From NCBI GenBank assembly GCA_963761725.1, contig CAVXHP010000006.1:317534-381533 (forward strand): DNA of 64,000 nucleotides, written 5' to 3'. Shown here piece by piece: positions 1-9,676 of the stretch. Below the pieces are notes generated by a model, which saw only the letters and a program-made list of their open reading frames with translations, ran no database searches and was not told where the DNA came from. The position numbers and the translations under genes are program-made. The stretch comes from an uncultured Cytophagales bacterium (lineage in GTDB: Bacteria > Bacteroidota > Bacteroidia > Cytophagales > Bernardetiaceae). The number at the start of each line of letters is the position of its first letter. Position 1 is the stretch's first letter.

Positions 1-874
1 TAAAATCGTTTTGGGAAAACAGCTTTTTAATGATGTAAATCTTTCTAGTAACCAAAAAATGAGTTGTGCAACGTGTCATCAACAAAACCGAGCATTTACA
101 GATGGAAAGAAAATTCCAGAAGGTCAAAAAAGAAATAGTCCGACACTGACTTACGTAGCCTTACAAAAAAGTTTCTTTTATGATAATAGAGCAGGAAGCC
201 TTGAAGGACAAATTGTGTCGGTCATAAATAATGAAACAGAATTTCATACCAACGCAGAAATTTTATTAAAAGCTGTCAAGCAAAACCCAAAGTACATTAA
301 ACAGTTTTCAGAACTTTATCCAGATAGTTTGACAGAACAAAATATCAGAACGGCAATGGCTGATTATATTCGAAGTCTTTCTCCTTTTTCTTCCAAACTA
401 GATAAGAATATGAACGGGAAAGAAAATTCATTTACACAAAACGAAATCAATGGATTTAATCTTTTTATGGGAAAGGCTGCTTGTGCTACCTGTCATTTTG
501 CACCTCTTTTCAATGGAACTGTTCCTCCTTCGTTTAGAGAATCTGAAATTGAACTTATTGGTGTTCCCTCAAAAAATGATACAATAAATGCCAAAATTGA
601 TACTGATTTTGGAAGATATACCATTTTCAAAACTGAAGAAAGAAAGTATTTTTTCAAAACGCCAACGCTCAGAAATGTCTCCAAAACAGCACCTTATATG
701 CACAATGGAGTTTATGAGACACTAGAGCAGGTAATGGATTTTTATAATCGGGGTGGAGGTGCAGGAATTGGAATTGATTTGGAATACCAAACTCTACCAG
801 CCGAACCGTTGAATTTATCAGACCAAGAAATCAAAGATGTAATTGCTTTTTTACAAACTTTAGATGATGAATAA
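1..874 (+). CDS. di-haem cytochrome c peroxidase, 5'-partial (N-terminus is upstream of the window)
   Basis: Two CxxCH haem-binding motifs (CATCHQQ and CATCHFAP). The frame is open back to base 2 (KIVLGKQLF...), matching the conserved CCP N-terminal region. The ORF track start is an in-frame TTG. Confidence 0.8.
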   Translation, partial: KIVLGKQLFNDVNLSSNQKMSCATCHQQNRAFTDGKKIPEGQKRNSPTLTYVALQKSFFYDNRAGSLEGQIVSVINNETEFHTNAEILLKAVKQNPKYIKQFSELYPDSLTEQNIRTAMADYIRSLSPFSSKLDKNMNGKENSFTQNEINGFNLFMGKAACATCHFAPLFNGTVPPSFRESEIELIGVPSKNDTINAKIDTDFGRYTIFKTEERKYFFKTPTLRNVSKTAPYMHNGVYETLEQVMDFYNRGGGAGIGIDLEYQTLPAEPLNLSDQEIKDVIAFLQTLDDE

Positions 875-975
875 AAGAAGGAATAAATTTTTTGTAATTT
901 GCGTAAAAATTAAATTAACACAAACATACTTTCCGTTGCTCGTGTCCCCATGAGCGACCTTTATAAAATATTTTT

Positions 976-2238
976 ATGCAAAAAATAGCTCTTATTCGTG
1001 AAGGCAAAACGCCCCCAGATCGCCGTGTCGCTCTTACTCCAACTCAATGTAAAGAAGTTTTAGATAAATATAAATTAGTTGATAAAGATTTCGAAATACT
1101 AGTTCAGCCTAGCAAAATTCGCTGTTTTTCAGACGAAGAATATAAAGATGTAGGCTGCAAAATTACAGAAGATATAAACGAAGCAAGTATTTTATTAGGT
1201 GTAAAAGAAGTTCCCAAACCAGAGCTTATTGAAGGAAAAACCTATTTATTTTTCTCTCACACTATTAAGAAACAACCCTATAATAGAGATTTATTACAGA
1301 AGATAATAGAAAAAAATGTTCGTCTTATAGATTACGAAGTCTTGACAGACGATGCTGGAAACCGAGTAATTGCTTTTGGTCGTTATGCTGGAATCGTGGG
1401 AGCGTACAATGGGATTTTGACCTATGGAAAACGATTTGGTTTGTTTGATTTAAAACCTGCCAATCAGTGTTTTGATATGGAAGAAATGTGGAACGAATTT
1501 GAAAAAGTAAAACTTCCAAACATAAAAATAGCTATTACAGGAGGTGGAAGAGTAACAAGTGGAGCAATAGAAGTGCTAAAAGGAATGGGAATAAAAATGG
1601 TATTTGCAAAAGATTATCTAAAAAACGACTACCCAGAACCCGTTTTTGCACAACTCAATTCACAGGATTATCACTTTAAAAAGGGAACTAATAAAGATGA
1701 TAAATTTAATCTCAACCATTTCTACAATAATGCAAAAGAGTACGATAGTAATTTCTTAGATTTTGCCAAACAAACAGATTTGCTGATTGCAGCAGCCTAC
1801 TGGAATCCAGAATCACCCGTTTTATTTACCAAAGAGAACATGAAGCAAGATGATTTCAAAATAAAAGTAATTGCAGATATTACTTGTGATATTGAAGGTT
1901 CAATTCCTTCTACAAACCGTGCTTCTACCATTGCAGAGCCATTTTATGATTATAATATAAAAACAGAAAAAGAAGAAAAACCGTTTTCTGATAAAGATAA
2001 TGTTACTGTCATGGCAGTCGATAATTTACCGTGTGAGCTTCCTAGAGATGCTTCAAGGGATTTTGGTAGAGAACTAATAGACCAAGTTTTGCCTTATTTA
2101 TTATTTGAAGATACTCCTTCTTATTTGAGAGAACACAATTATACAGACACCCACCGAATTACTAGAGCAAATCTCACAAAAGATAAAGATTTGACAAAAG
2201 AATTTGAGTATCTGAGAGATTATTTGGAAGGGAAGTAA
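976..2238 (+). CDS. alanine dehydrogenase/PNT-domain NAD-dependent dehydrogenase (saccharopine dehydrogenase-like)
   Basis: N-terminal IALIREGKTPPDRRVALTP resembles the AlaDH/PNT N-domain. A Rossmann-like IAITGGGRVTSGA motif is present. Length is 420 aa. Confidence 0.5.
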   Translation: MQKIALIREGKTPPDRRVALTPTQCKEVLDKYKLVDKDFEILVQPSKIRCFSDEEYKDVGCKITEDINEASILLGVKEVPKPELIEGKTYLFFSHTIKKQPYNRDLLQKIIEKNVRLIDYEVLTDDAGNRVIAFGRYAGIVGAYNGILTYGKRFGLFDLKPANQCFDMEEMWNEFEKVKLPNIKIAITGGGRVTSGAIEVLKGMGIKMVFAKDYLKNDYPEPVFAQLNSQDYHFKKGTNKDDKFNLNHFYNNAKEYDSNFLDFAKQTDLLIAAAYWNPESPVLFTKENMKQDDFKIKVIADITCDIEGSIPSTNRASTIAEPFYDYNIKTEKEEKPFSDKDNVTVMAVDNLPCELPRDASRDFGRELIDQVLPYLLFEDTPSYLREHNYTDTHRITRANLTKDKDLTKEFEYLRDYLEGK

Positions 2239-2473
2239 ACAAATACAAGTAAAGGTTTGGAATTTTACTTTTTCAAAACTTATTATCAGCAAAACAAATT
2301 CATTCCTCATTTAGTAGTGAAATAAATACGAATTAAAACTTTATTTGCACTAAAATTTGTCCAAAAAATTTGTAACTTTAACTTTACAGTAAACAATAAA
2401 AAACAACCATAAAAAACAAAATATATGTCGAGTAGCAACACCAACGCAAACAAATACACAAGAAACGCTTCAA

Positions 2474-3583
2474 ATGATTGCCAAAATGGTACAAGATTTT
2501 GGAGAACGTGCCATCACTCCACACCGTAACAAATGGGACGACGACCAATATTTTCCTATCGAAGTAATGAAAGAACTAGGAAACTTAGGTCTTATGGGCG
2601 TTTTAGTTCCCGAGCAGTATGGTGGAAGTGGTTTTGGATATCAAGAATACGTAACTGCCATTGCAGAGCTTGCTGTTATTGACCCTTCAATTGGTCTTTC
2701 TATGGCTGCTCACAATTCACTTTGTACAGGTCATATTTTACAGTTTGGAAACGAAGAACAAAAACAACGTTGGTTGCCAAAATTAGCAACAGCAGAATGG
2801 ATTGGTGCGTGGGGACTTACAGAAGCAAACACAGGTTCTGATGCAGGAAATATGCGTACAACGGCTGTTCAAGATGGTGATTATTGGGTAATTAATGGAA
2901 CAAAAAACTTTATTACACATGGTAAAAGTGGAGATATTGCTGTCGTAATTGTTCGTACTGGAGAAGCAGGCGATTCGCATGGAATGACGGCTTTTGTTAT
3001 CGAAAAGACAACAGAAGGTTTTACAGGTGGACGTAAAGAAGACAAATTAGGAATGCGTCTTTCTGAAACTACCGAACTCGTTTTTGATAATTGTAGAGTG
3101 CATAAAGATAATATTTTGGGTGAAGTAGGTGATGGATTTGTTCAGTCCTTGAAAGTATTAGACGGTGGACGTATTTCGATTGCTGCTCTTAGTTTAGGAA
3201 TTGCACAAGGTGCTTTACGTCATTCTCTTATTTATGCAAAAGAGCGTGAGCAGTTTAATCAACCGATTGCCAACTTCCAAGCAATTGCCTTCAAACTTGC
3301 AGAGATGGCTACCGATGTAGAAATTTCTGAACTTCTTACTCGCCAAGCTGCCGACTTAAAAAATAAAGGAAAAAGTGTAAACAAAGAGTCTGCTATGGCA
3401 AAATATGTAGCTTCCGAAATGTGCGTAAAAGTAGCAATGGAAGCCGTTCAGATTTTTGGTGGCTATGGTTATACAAAAGATTATCCAGTAGAAAAGTATT
3501 ACAGAGATTCTAAATTGTGTACTATCGGAGAAGGAACTTCTGAAATTCAGAAATTAGTTATTTCTAGAGCAATTTTGAAGTAA
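2474..3583 (+). CDS. acyl-CoA dehydrogenase (short/medium-chain type)
   Basis: GLTEANTGSDAG and GGYGYTKDYPVEKYYRDSKLCTIGEGTSEIQ are hallmark ACAD motifs. Length is 369 aa. Confidence 0.85.
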   Translation: MIAKMVQDFGERAITPHRNKWDDDQYFPIEVMKELGNLGLMGVLVPEQYGGSGFGYQEYVTAIAELAVIDPSIGLSMAAHNSLCTGHILQFGNEEQKQRWLPKLATAEWIGAWGLTEANTGSDAGNMRTTAVQDGDYWVINGTKNFITHGKSGDIAVVIVRTGEAGDSHGMTAFVIEKTTEGFTGGRKEDKLGMRLSETTELVFDNCRVHKDNILGEVGDGFVQSLKVLDGGRISIAALSLGIAQGALRHSLIYAKEREQFNQPIANFQAIAFKLAEMATDVEISELLTRQAADLKNKGKSVNKESAMAKYVASEMCVKVAMEAVQIFGGYGYTKDYPVEKYYRDSKLCTIGEGTSEIQKLVISRAILK

Positions 3584-3604
3584 TTTGAATTATATGTGAA
3601 AGCT

Positions 3605-3647
3605 AAAATCCATTCGAGAAAGATATTTTTTTGAATGGATTTTTTTG
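3605..3647. terminator. rho-independent terminator hairpin (aaaatccattc...gaatggattttttt)
   Basis: Perfect inverted repeat followed by a T-run directly after the acyl-CoA dehydrogenase stop. Confidence 0.6.
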
Positions 3648-3753
3648 TGAAACCTTAATTTTTTGTTAAAAAACAAAAATGATGCAACGTTCTTTCAATT
3701 TTTAGGTCTATTATTATAATCGTGTTTACCTCATATTTTTTATCTACTACGCT

Positions 3754-4602
3754 ATGAAAAATACTTTTTTTATTCTCTCAATTTGCTTGCTATTTATTTC
3801 ATTTTCTTCTGCTGCTCAAAATACTACTCAAGAAAAACCAACAGAAGTGCTGCTTTTTGGAACATTTCATTTTAATAATCCAGGGCGGGATGTTGCCAAG
3901 ACGAAAAGTTTTGATATTGAAAGCGAGAAAAGTCAAAAGGAATTAGAAGAAATTACGGACAAAATAAAAGCCTATAATCCTTCAAAAATCTTTGTAGAAT
4001 GGGAATACAATGAACAAGAAAAATTAGATTCTTTGTATAATCTCTATGTAGCAGGAACGTATTTTGATAATCCAAAGCTATCTTATTATTACAAAAAAAG
4101 CGAAACATTTCAGCTTGCTTTTCGTGCAGCCAAAAAATTAGGACACAAAAAAGTATATGCGATGGATTACACAAATACAGAATTTCCTTTTGATAGTTTG
4201 ATGCAAGTAGCAAAAGAAAATAATCAAACAGAGTTACAAGAGGAAATTATGCAAGTAATTCAAGGATTCTCAACTGGTTTTGATGCTCAAATTGATACTC
4301 AAAAATCACTTAAAGAAATTCTTTATTATACAAATAGTCCTGCTTTACGTCAAAAAGATTTATCTCTTTATACTCAAATAGTTACTAAAGTTGGAAGTAA
4401 AGATAATTTTGTAGGTGCATATTTGGCTTCCGAATGGTATCGCAGAAATTTGTATATGCTTTCTGTAATGCAAAAACAAATCACAAAAGAAGATGAAAAA
4501 GTAATGATTTTATTAGGTTCAAGTCATGTAGCAATTATCAACCAAATCATTTCAACACATTCTAATTTAAAAGGAGTAGAATTACAAGAAGTTTTAGATT
4601 AA
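3754..4602 (+). CDS. secreted hypothetical protein (possible TraB/GumN-like)
   Basis: N-terminal signal peptide. LLFGTFHFNNPG resembles the GTxH motif of TraB/GumN proteins. Length is 282 aa. Confidence 0.4.
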   Translation: MKNTFFILSICLLFISFSSAAQNTTQEKPTEVLLFGTFHFNNPGRDVAKTKSFDIESEKSQKELEEITDKIKAYNPSKIFVEWEYNEQEKLDSLYNLYVAGTYFDNPKLSYYYKKSETFQLAFRAAKKLGHKKVYAMDYTNTEFPFDSLMQVAKENNQTELQEEIMQVIQGFSTGFDAQIDTQKSLKEILYYTNSPALRQKDLSLYTQIVTKVGSKDNFVGAYLASEWYRRNLYMLSVMQKQITKEDEKVMILLGSSHVAIINQIISTHSNLKGVELQEVLD

Positions 4603-4621
4603 AAATGTAATCCTAATTTAT

Positions 4622-4664
4622 AAAAATCCATTTAAGAAACATATTTTCTTAAATGGATTTTTCT
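4622..4664. terminator. rho-independent terminator hairpin (aaaaatccattt...aaatggattttt)
   Basis: Inverted repeat plus T-run after the 3754..4602 gene. The sequence is related to the 3605..3647 hairpin. Confidence 0.6.
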
Positions 4665-4695
4665 ATAAAATAAAAACATAATTCTGAACCGTTTT

Positions 4696-5010
4696 CTAAT
4701 GCGTTTGTAAATTACCTAACAAAATCTCTAAAGCTGCTTTCAAATTATCAATCGCTCTAGAAACAGATTTTTCGATAGTGTCTGTTTGATACGAAACGGT
4801 AATGGAATGTTTGCCTTTTATTCTTGCTTCTAACGAACACCATACATCATTTTTACCTTCCTTCTCACTGCCTTTGTCAGAAATATGAATTTCTATGCTG
4901 GAAACTTGAGATTTGTATTTATTAAATTTTCTTGCAATTAGATTAGAAAAAAAAACTTGATGCATTCTATCTCTACTAATGACTTTTCCTGTATTGAATT
5001 GAATTTTCAT
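4696..5010 (-). CDS. HPF/RaiA-family ribosome-associated (hibernation) protein
   Basis: 104 aa. The MKIQF..KF.KY..V.S.EIH...LEA.I.G pattern is congruent with the YfiA/HPF fold. No alignment was run, so the call is tentative. Confidence 0.45.
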   Translation of the reverse strand: MKIQFNTGKVISRDRMHQVFFSNLIARKFNKYKSQVSSIEIHISDKGSEKEGKNDVWCSLEARIKGKHSITVSYQTDTIEKSVSRAIDNLKAALEILLGNLQTH

Positions 5011-5060
5011 AAGAATAGTTTTTTTGATTGAATAGAAATTTATTTCAATAGAGAAGGCTT

Positions 5061-5306
5061 TCAGATTGGAGTTTCATGGGTGTGTAATTCCATGTGTTCG
5101 ATCAGATATTTCTTTTCTGTATATTCTTCTTTACTTATCTTACCCAAAGCAAGACGTTTTTTTAATATATCAAGTGGAGATTGTTGTTTGTATCTTTGAC
5201 CAGGAATGTCGTAAGGTGTCGCAAAAATCCATACGATTATAGAAATAAATACAAACCACCAAAAAAAGTGCATTCCAATAAAATGATATCCTTCATATAA
5301 GTTCAT
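5061..5306 (-). CDS. SHOCT-domain membrane protein
   Basis: A TM segment precedes a C-terminal LKKRLALGKISKEEYTEKK SHOCT-like motif. Confidence 0.55.
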   Translation of the reverse strand: MNLYEGYHFIGMHFFWWFVFISIIVWIFATPYDIPGQRYKQQSPLDILKKRLALGKISKEEYTEKKYLIEHMELHTHETPI

Positions 5307-5313
5307 AGTTTTT

Positions 5314-5571
5314 TTATTTTAAAGTTGTAGCTCTGCTATTAATTGATTGATTGACTTCTTTTGTGCTTAGGTGCGTTTTTGAATATTCTTCAAGCATTTC
5401 TACTAAAGAGTTGTAATATTCACCTAAGTTTTCTGTGTTTATGGCATCTGTATTATTTTCCGAAGATTGAATAGGCATTTCTTCTATATATTTGGATAAT
5501 TCAGGAAATTCTTTATTAATTTCTGACGTAATATTTACAATGTCTTTTTCTAATTCGCTAATTGTTCTCAT
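5314..5571 (-). CDS. hypothetical protein
   Basis: 85-aa ORF directly upstream of the SHOCT gene on the same strand. No recognisable motif. Confidence 0.35.
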   Translation of the reverse strand: MRTISELEKDIVNITSEINKEFPELSKYIEEMPIQSSENNTDAINTENLGEYYNSLVEMLEEYSKTHLSTKEVNQSINSRATTLK

Positions 5572-5738
5572 GTTTGAATAGTTTTGATGTGCTTATTTTT
5601 TACAAAAGATTAAACACTATATAGTGTCTTTTTTAGAGAAAGAATACATAACAAACTGCATATTTGCAAAAAATGGCTTACTTGTGATAAGCAGACCAAA
5701 TAAAAAAAATTACAATCTATTATGTATTCTTTTTCTTA

Positions 5739-5984
5739 TTACTCTTCATCATTTATATGTCTATCAACATCTTCCTTTTGTGCTTCATGAGCAAGACTTG
5801 AATACGTCCACGCACTTATTGTACTTTTTAAGGCTTCTGCATGGCTTTCGTTTTCATGATGATTAGCAGCTTCCAAATGACTTTTTGCAGCAGCTTGAAA
5901 ATGGGTAGCTGCTTTTTTGTGTTTATTAATTCTCTTTTGATTTTCGGTAATAGGCATAACTGGTTTTGAATGATAAGTTTTCAT
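5739..5984 (-). CDS. hypothetical His-rich small protein
   Basis: 81-aa ORF with typical codon usage. Function unknown. Confidence 0.3.
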   Translation of the reverse strand: MKTYHSKPVMPITENQKRINKHKKAATHFQAAAKSHLEAANHHENESHAEALKSTISAWTYSSLAHEAQKEDVDRHINDEE

Positions 5985-6189
5985 GATTAAATTGTTTTGT
6001 GTTGAAGCTAGATTAGTTTTGATTATATAAAGATGCAGCTTTTCTCACTTTAAAGTGTTGCACAATTAAAAATTATTGTTGTATCATTAGGAGATAAATT
6101 TTTAGTAAAATCTCCTAAAGACAACAACCTACCAAATTCTATATATAATAAATGGATAAGAATAGAAAAATAAAATAACTATAAAAGCA

Positions 6190-6897
6190 TTAACCAAAAG
6201 TATATTCTTGATCTACTTTCAGTTCATTTTCCAAATGCGAAATACCAGGAGTATTATAGGCTAAACGACCTGCTTCTTCTTTTTGATACCACGAACTTAC
6301 CGTTCCCGAAAGAGTAACCGTCGTGCCTAATACAGAAACACGAATACCATTATTGTTTATTTCATGGCTTCTTTCAAGTGCTATTTCCACATCTCTTTTT
6401 TCAATAGCGTTTGGTGATTCTGATTTTATCTTGATTTTATTGGTTATGCCTTTCACACCAGTAAGAGATTGTACAGCTTTTTGTGCTGCTTCTCTTTGAA
6501 AGTTCCAATGTAATTGTCCTTGCAACGTAATCCAGCCTTCTTCCACTTCTATAATAACTTTCTCATCAGGAACAGACCAATTTGTTTTTAAAGCAAAAAC
6601 AGCCTCTTTTGCAAGTTCTGCATTAGTTTTTGTCCAAGAAACTGGAAATCTTACTTTTATCTCTTCTACAACAGCTTTTACTCCCACTACTTTTTTGGTA
6701 GCATTTTCTGCTTCTATTTTTTTTGCATAATTATCTACTTTTCCTGTAAGGGTAACAACACCATCTTCTACAGTAACACCAATTTCTGCTGCGTGTAATA
6801 ATGGCTCCCATTTGATAGCATCTTGAACGTCTTTTTGTAATTCTTCATTTGTTTTCATGATTGTAATTTTGTTTGTGCAACAGAGTTGTTGCAGCAT
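6190..6897 (-). CDS. BON-domain (OsmY-like) protein
   Basis: Three repeats of the BON pattern (e.g. AIKWEPLL...IGVTVEDGVVTLTGKV and GIRVSVLGTTVTLSGTV). Confidence 0.7.
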   Translation of the reverse strand: MLQQLCCTNKITIMKTNEELQKDVQDAIKWEPLLHAAEIGVTVEDGVVTLTGKVDNYAKKIEAENATKKVVGVKAVVEEIKVRFPVSWTKTNAELAKEAVFALKTNWSVPDEKVIIEVEEGWITLQGQLHWNFQREAAQKAVQSLTGVKGITNKIKIKSESPNAIEKRDVEIALERSHEINNNGIRVSVLGTTVTLSGTVSSWYQKEEAGRLAYNTPGISHLENELKVDQEYTFG

Positions 6898-6981
6898 TAC
6901 AAATATGATTTTTTTACTCCTTCAAATCATTGTATAATTAAAAATAATAATTGTATAATTAAGGGAAAGGTGATGCTAATT

Positions 6982-7542
6982 TTATAAATCTTCCAAATTA
7001 GTTCTTTTTCTTTTTGATAAAGATTTGAAAAAAGTAGGCGTAAGTCCTGTAATCTGTTTAAATTGTCTTGAAAGATGTGCTACACTCTTATAATTCATTT
7101 TATACGATATTTCTGTAAGATTAAGGTCATTGTAGATGATGAGTTCTTTTATCCTTTCTATTTTATGAAGAATAATGAAATGTTCAATAGTTACGCCTTT
7201 CGTTTTGGAAAAAATCTCTGCCATTTTGTGATAATCTTGTTCCATTTTTTGACTTAGAAAAGCAGAAAAATTAACATTGGGAAGCTCATCAGAATAATGT
7301 ACCATTTCTATAATAATGTTGATTATTTTTTCAATCATCATTGCTTTTTTGTCGTACATAACTTCTAAACCAGATTTGTGTAATTCTATTTCTAACTCTT
7401 TTTTGATTTCTTTTGTAATGGGTTCTGAAAGCTCTACTTCTCCCAGTTCTATTGATTTGTAGATGATGCCTAATTTGTCCAACTCTAGTTCTACCATCAT
7501 TTTGCAGCGCAGACTTACCATATTTTGAATAAGAATTTTCAT
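6982..7542 (-). CDS. AraC-family transcriptional regulator
   Basis: C-terminal HTH with YKSVAHLSRQFKQITGLTPTFF, the AraC signature. Confidence 0.75.
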   Translation of the reverse strand: MKILIQNMVSLRCKMMVELELDKLGIIYKSIELGEVELSEPITKEIKKELEIELHKSGLEVMYDKKAMMIEKIINIIIEMVHYSDELPNVNFSAFLSQKMEQDYHKMAEIFSKTKGVTIEHFIILHKIERIKELIIYNDLNLTEISYKMNYKSVAHLSRQFKQITGLTPTFFKSLSKRKRTNLEDL

Positions 7543-7766
7543 TTTATAGTACAGTTTGAGAGTAGATTGAATAATTTTACTTTTCTAATTTAGTCAAAAT
7601 TAGAGTTAGTAAGGTTATAAAATGCGTTTATACAAAAGTTATTTTTTTAATTGCTAAAACAAATTTTATTTTTATTTCTTAAAAATTCTTTATACTTCTA
7701 TTAGAAAACTCCTTTTTTACCTATATTTGATTATAAAATTAGAAATGTAAAATATAACTAGCATTT

Positions 7767-7795
7767 GCCGTTGTTTGTATCCTCACAAACGACAC
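7767..7795. repeat. REP-like palindromic hairpin repeat (gccgttgtttgtatcctcacaaacgacac)
   Basis: Member of a family also seen at 11227, 13362 and 13416. Confidence 0.6.
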
Positions 7796-7827
7796 AAAAT
7801 TAATCACTAAAAACTAATCACTATTTC

Positions 7828-8412
7828 ATGTTTGCTTATCTCAATGGAAAAGTTACAAAGCGAGAACCTTCATTAGCCGTTTTGGATATCAATGGAGTGG
7901 GTTATGAAGTCAAAATTTCGCTTCAAACTTATACGATTATTCAAGAAGGACAACCGTTCAAACTTTTTACGTATTTGAGTGTAACACAGGACTCTCAAGA
8001 GCTTTTTGGGTTTGCGACAGAAAGTGAGAAAAAAATGTTTTTACAGCTCATTAGTGTTTCTGGAGTAGGACGAAATACGGCTTTAGTGATGCTTTCAGCA
8101 ATGAATGTTTCCGAACTCGCAGACGCAATTATCAATAATCAAACTTCTGTTATCCAAAAAATAAAAGGAATTGGAAAGAAAACTTCCGAACGTTTGGTTT
8201 TAGATTTGAGAGATAAATTAGCCAAAGAAGGCTTCCAATTAGAAGATGCAAACGGAATGAGCAGTGCATTAAAAGAACAAGCCTCAAACGCTCTGACCAG
8301 TTTAGGTCTTTCAAAATTAGTGGCTGACCGAACCATAAACGCAATACTCAAAAAATACGGCACAGATCTTTCTTTAGAAGAATTGATAACGTATAGTTTG
8401 CAAGAAGGGTAA
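7828..8412 (+). CDS. ruvA: Holliday junction branch-migration protein RuvA
   Basis: MFAYLNGKV....INGVGYEV matches the RuvA N-terminus. HhH motifs are present. Length is 194 aa. Confidence 0.85.
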   Translation: MFAYLNGKVTKREPSLAVLDINGVGYEVKISLQTYTIIQEGQPFKLFTYLSVTQDSQELFGFATESEKKMFLQLISVSGVGRNTALVMLSAMNVSELADAIINNQTSVIQKIKGIGKKTSERLVLDLRDKLAKEGFQLEDANGMSSALKEQASNALTSLGLSKLVADRTINAILKKYGTDLSLEELITYSLQEG

Positions 8413-8532
8413 AATCAGTTACCAGTTGAATTTCTTGTATTTTTATTCTCCTCAAACTCTTCTTCCTCTGTGGTTCAAAATTGTATTTCTTGTATTCTCA
8501 TCTTCCTAATTCCCAATCCCCATTCCCTCAAA

Positions 8533-9511
8533 ATGAAATTTTTTCTCCTATTTATTACTTTTTTTCTCGTTCATTTTTCTTCATCTTACGCTTTTTCTTC
8601 TTTTATTTCTAAAAAAGATTCTATCGGATTAGAAAGAAGAGGAAATAATCTGTACATAAAACACAAAGTAACCATTGGTGAAGACATTTATAAAATTGCT
8701 AGAAAATATGGAATAAATAAAGAAACATTAATTACGCTAAACCCAGTTGCTCGTTATCCCTTAAAGGTAAATCAAATTCTGTTTATTCCTCACGCTCAAA
8801 CGAGCTATAGAATTTCTCAATTAAAAGGGTATAAAGTGCGTCCAAGCGAAACGCTTTTTTCAATTGCTTCAAAGTTTCAAACAGATGTAAAGACGCTCAA
8901 AGAACTCAATGAGCTTTATTCTACCCAAATACAAACAGGACAAGAATTACTTATTCCTTATCCAAACAATCATCAAGATTTATACACCATTCCTTCAAAT
9001 GCGTACAGTTCAGCTAAAGACCCAAATACAAAAAATCAGACTCAACACAATTACCATACTAGTAGCCAATGGAGAAACTCTATATTCAATTTCCAAAACT
9101 TATAAAGTAAGTGTAGAGCAATTAAAGAAATTAAATAATAATCCTTCTGGACAAATAAAGGTAGGACAAAAGATAATTGTAGGAGAAGGAGAAGCTACTG
9201 AAGAGGTTTTGATTGTGGCAAGTGCTTCTAGTTTGCAAACGAAAAAAGGAAAACCTCATTCAGAATCAGGTGTCTGTAATGTTACTCTGAATAGTGAACG
9301 TTTGGTAGGAATGCACCGAACTGCACCCAAAGGAACCTTAATCAAAATTCATAATGAAAGCACAGGCAGAACAGTAACCGTAAAAATAATAGGCAAAATT
9401 CAGAATATTGACCGAAATACCAATGTAGTTATTATTATTAGTCACGAAGCTGCACGAAAACTAGGAACGATGAGCAAAGAATTTCCTGTTTATTTGAATT
9501 GGGAAGAATAA
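8533..9511 (+). CDS. secreted LysM-repeat (x3) protein with C-terminal RlpA-like double-psi beta-barrel domain; frame interrupted near 9061
   Basis: Signal peptide MKFFLLFITFFLVHFSSSYA at 8533. LysM motifs: DIYKIARKYGINKETLITLNP, ETLFSIASKF and GETLYSISKTYKVSVEQLKKLN. The RlpA-like HRTAPKGTLIKIHNESTGRTVTVKI...SHEAARKLG region is in a +1 frame. Deleting the A at 9061 (actagta) restores YHTVANGETLYSIS. Confidence 0.65.
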
Positions 9512-9676
9512 ATACCTTTCAGTTTCTTATCAAGAAAAGGACTTCTATAAATTTTTATGTAATTTTAAGCAAAAGAAACCAACTTATTAAATAGTTCTTT
9601 TGCTACTCTATTTTTTTGAGATTAAACTCTCTTCTTTAAATTATAGCAATTAATTCAACAAATAATATCACAATAA

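Noticed and set aside
493-4213. Antisense ORFs inside cytochrome c peroxidase, the dehydrogenases and the 3754 gene (493..684, 1325..1519, 2101..2310, 2783..2980, 3953..4213).
   Set aside because: They are embedded opposite well-supported genes, their amino-acid composition is typical of reverse-strand noise, and they lack start context.
6087-6119. Hairpin ttaggagat...atctcctaa as terminator of the BON-domain gene.
   Set aside because: A stable 9-bp stem is present, but there is no convincing U-run on the minus strand. It is left uncalled.
8465-8480. tggttcaaaa looked like a tRNA T-arm (GGTTCAAATCC-like).
   Set aside because: There is no downstream tcc, acceptor stem or CCA context. The same 16-mer recurs upstream of another protein gene, so it is a repeat or regulatory motif and not a tRNA.
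8470-9105. The track start MVQNCISCIL at 8470 for the LysM protein.
   Set aside because: The in-frame ATG at 8533 begins a canonical signal peptide (MKFFLLFITFFLV). The upstream extension overlaps the repeat motif region and is probably non-coding.
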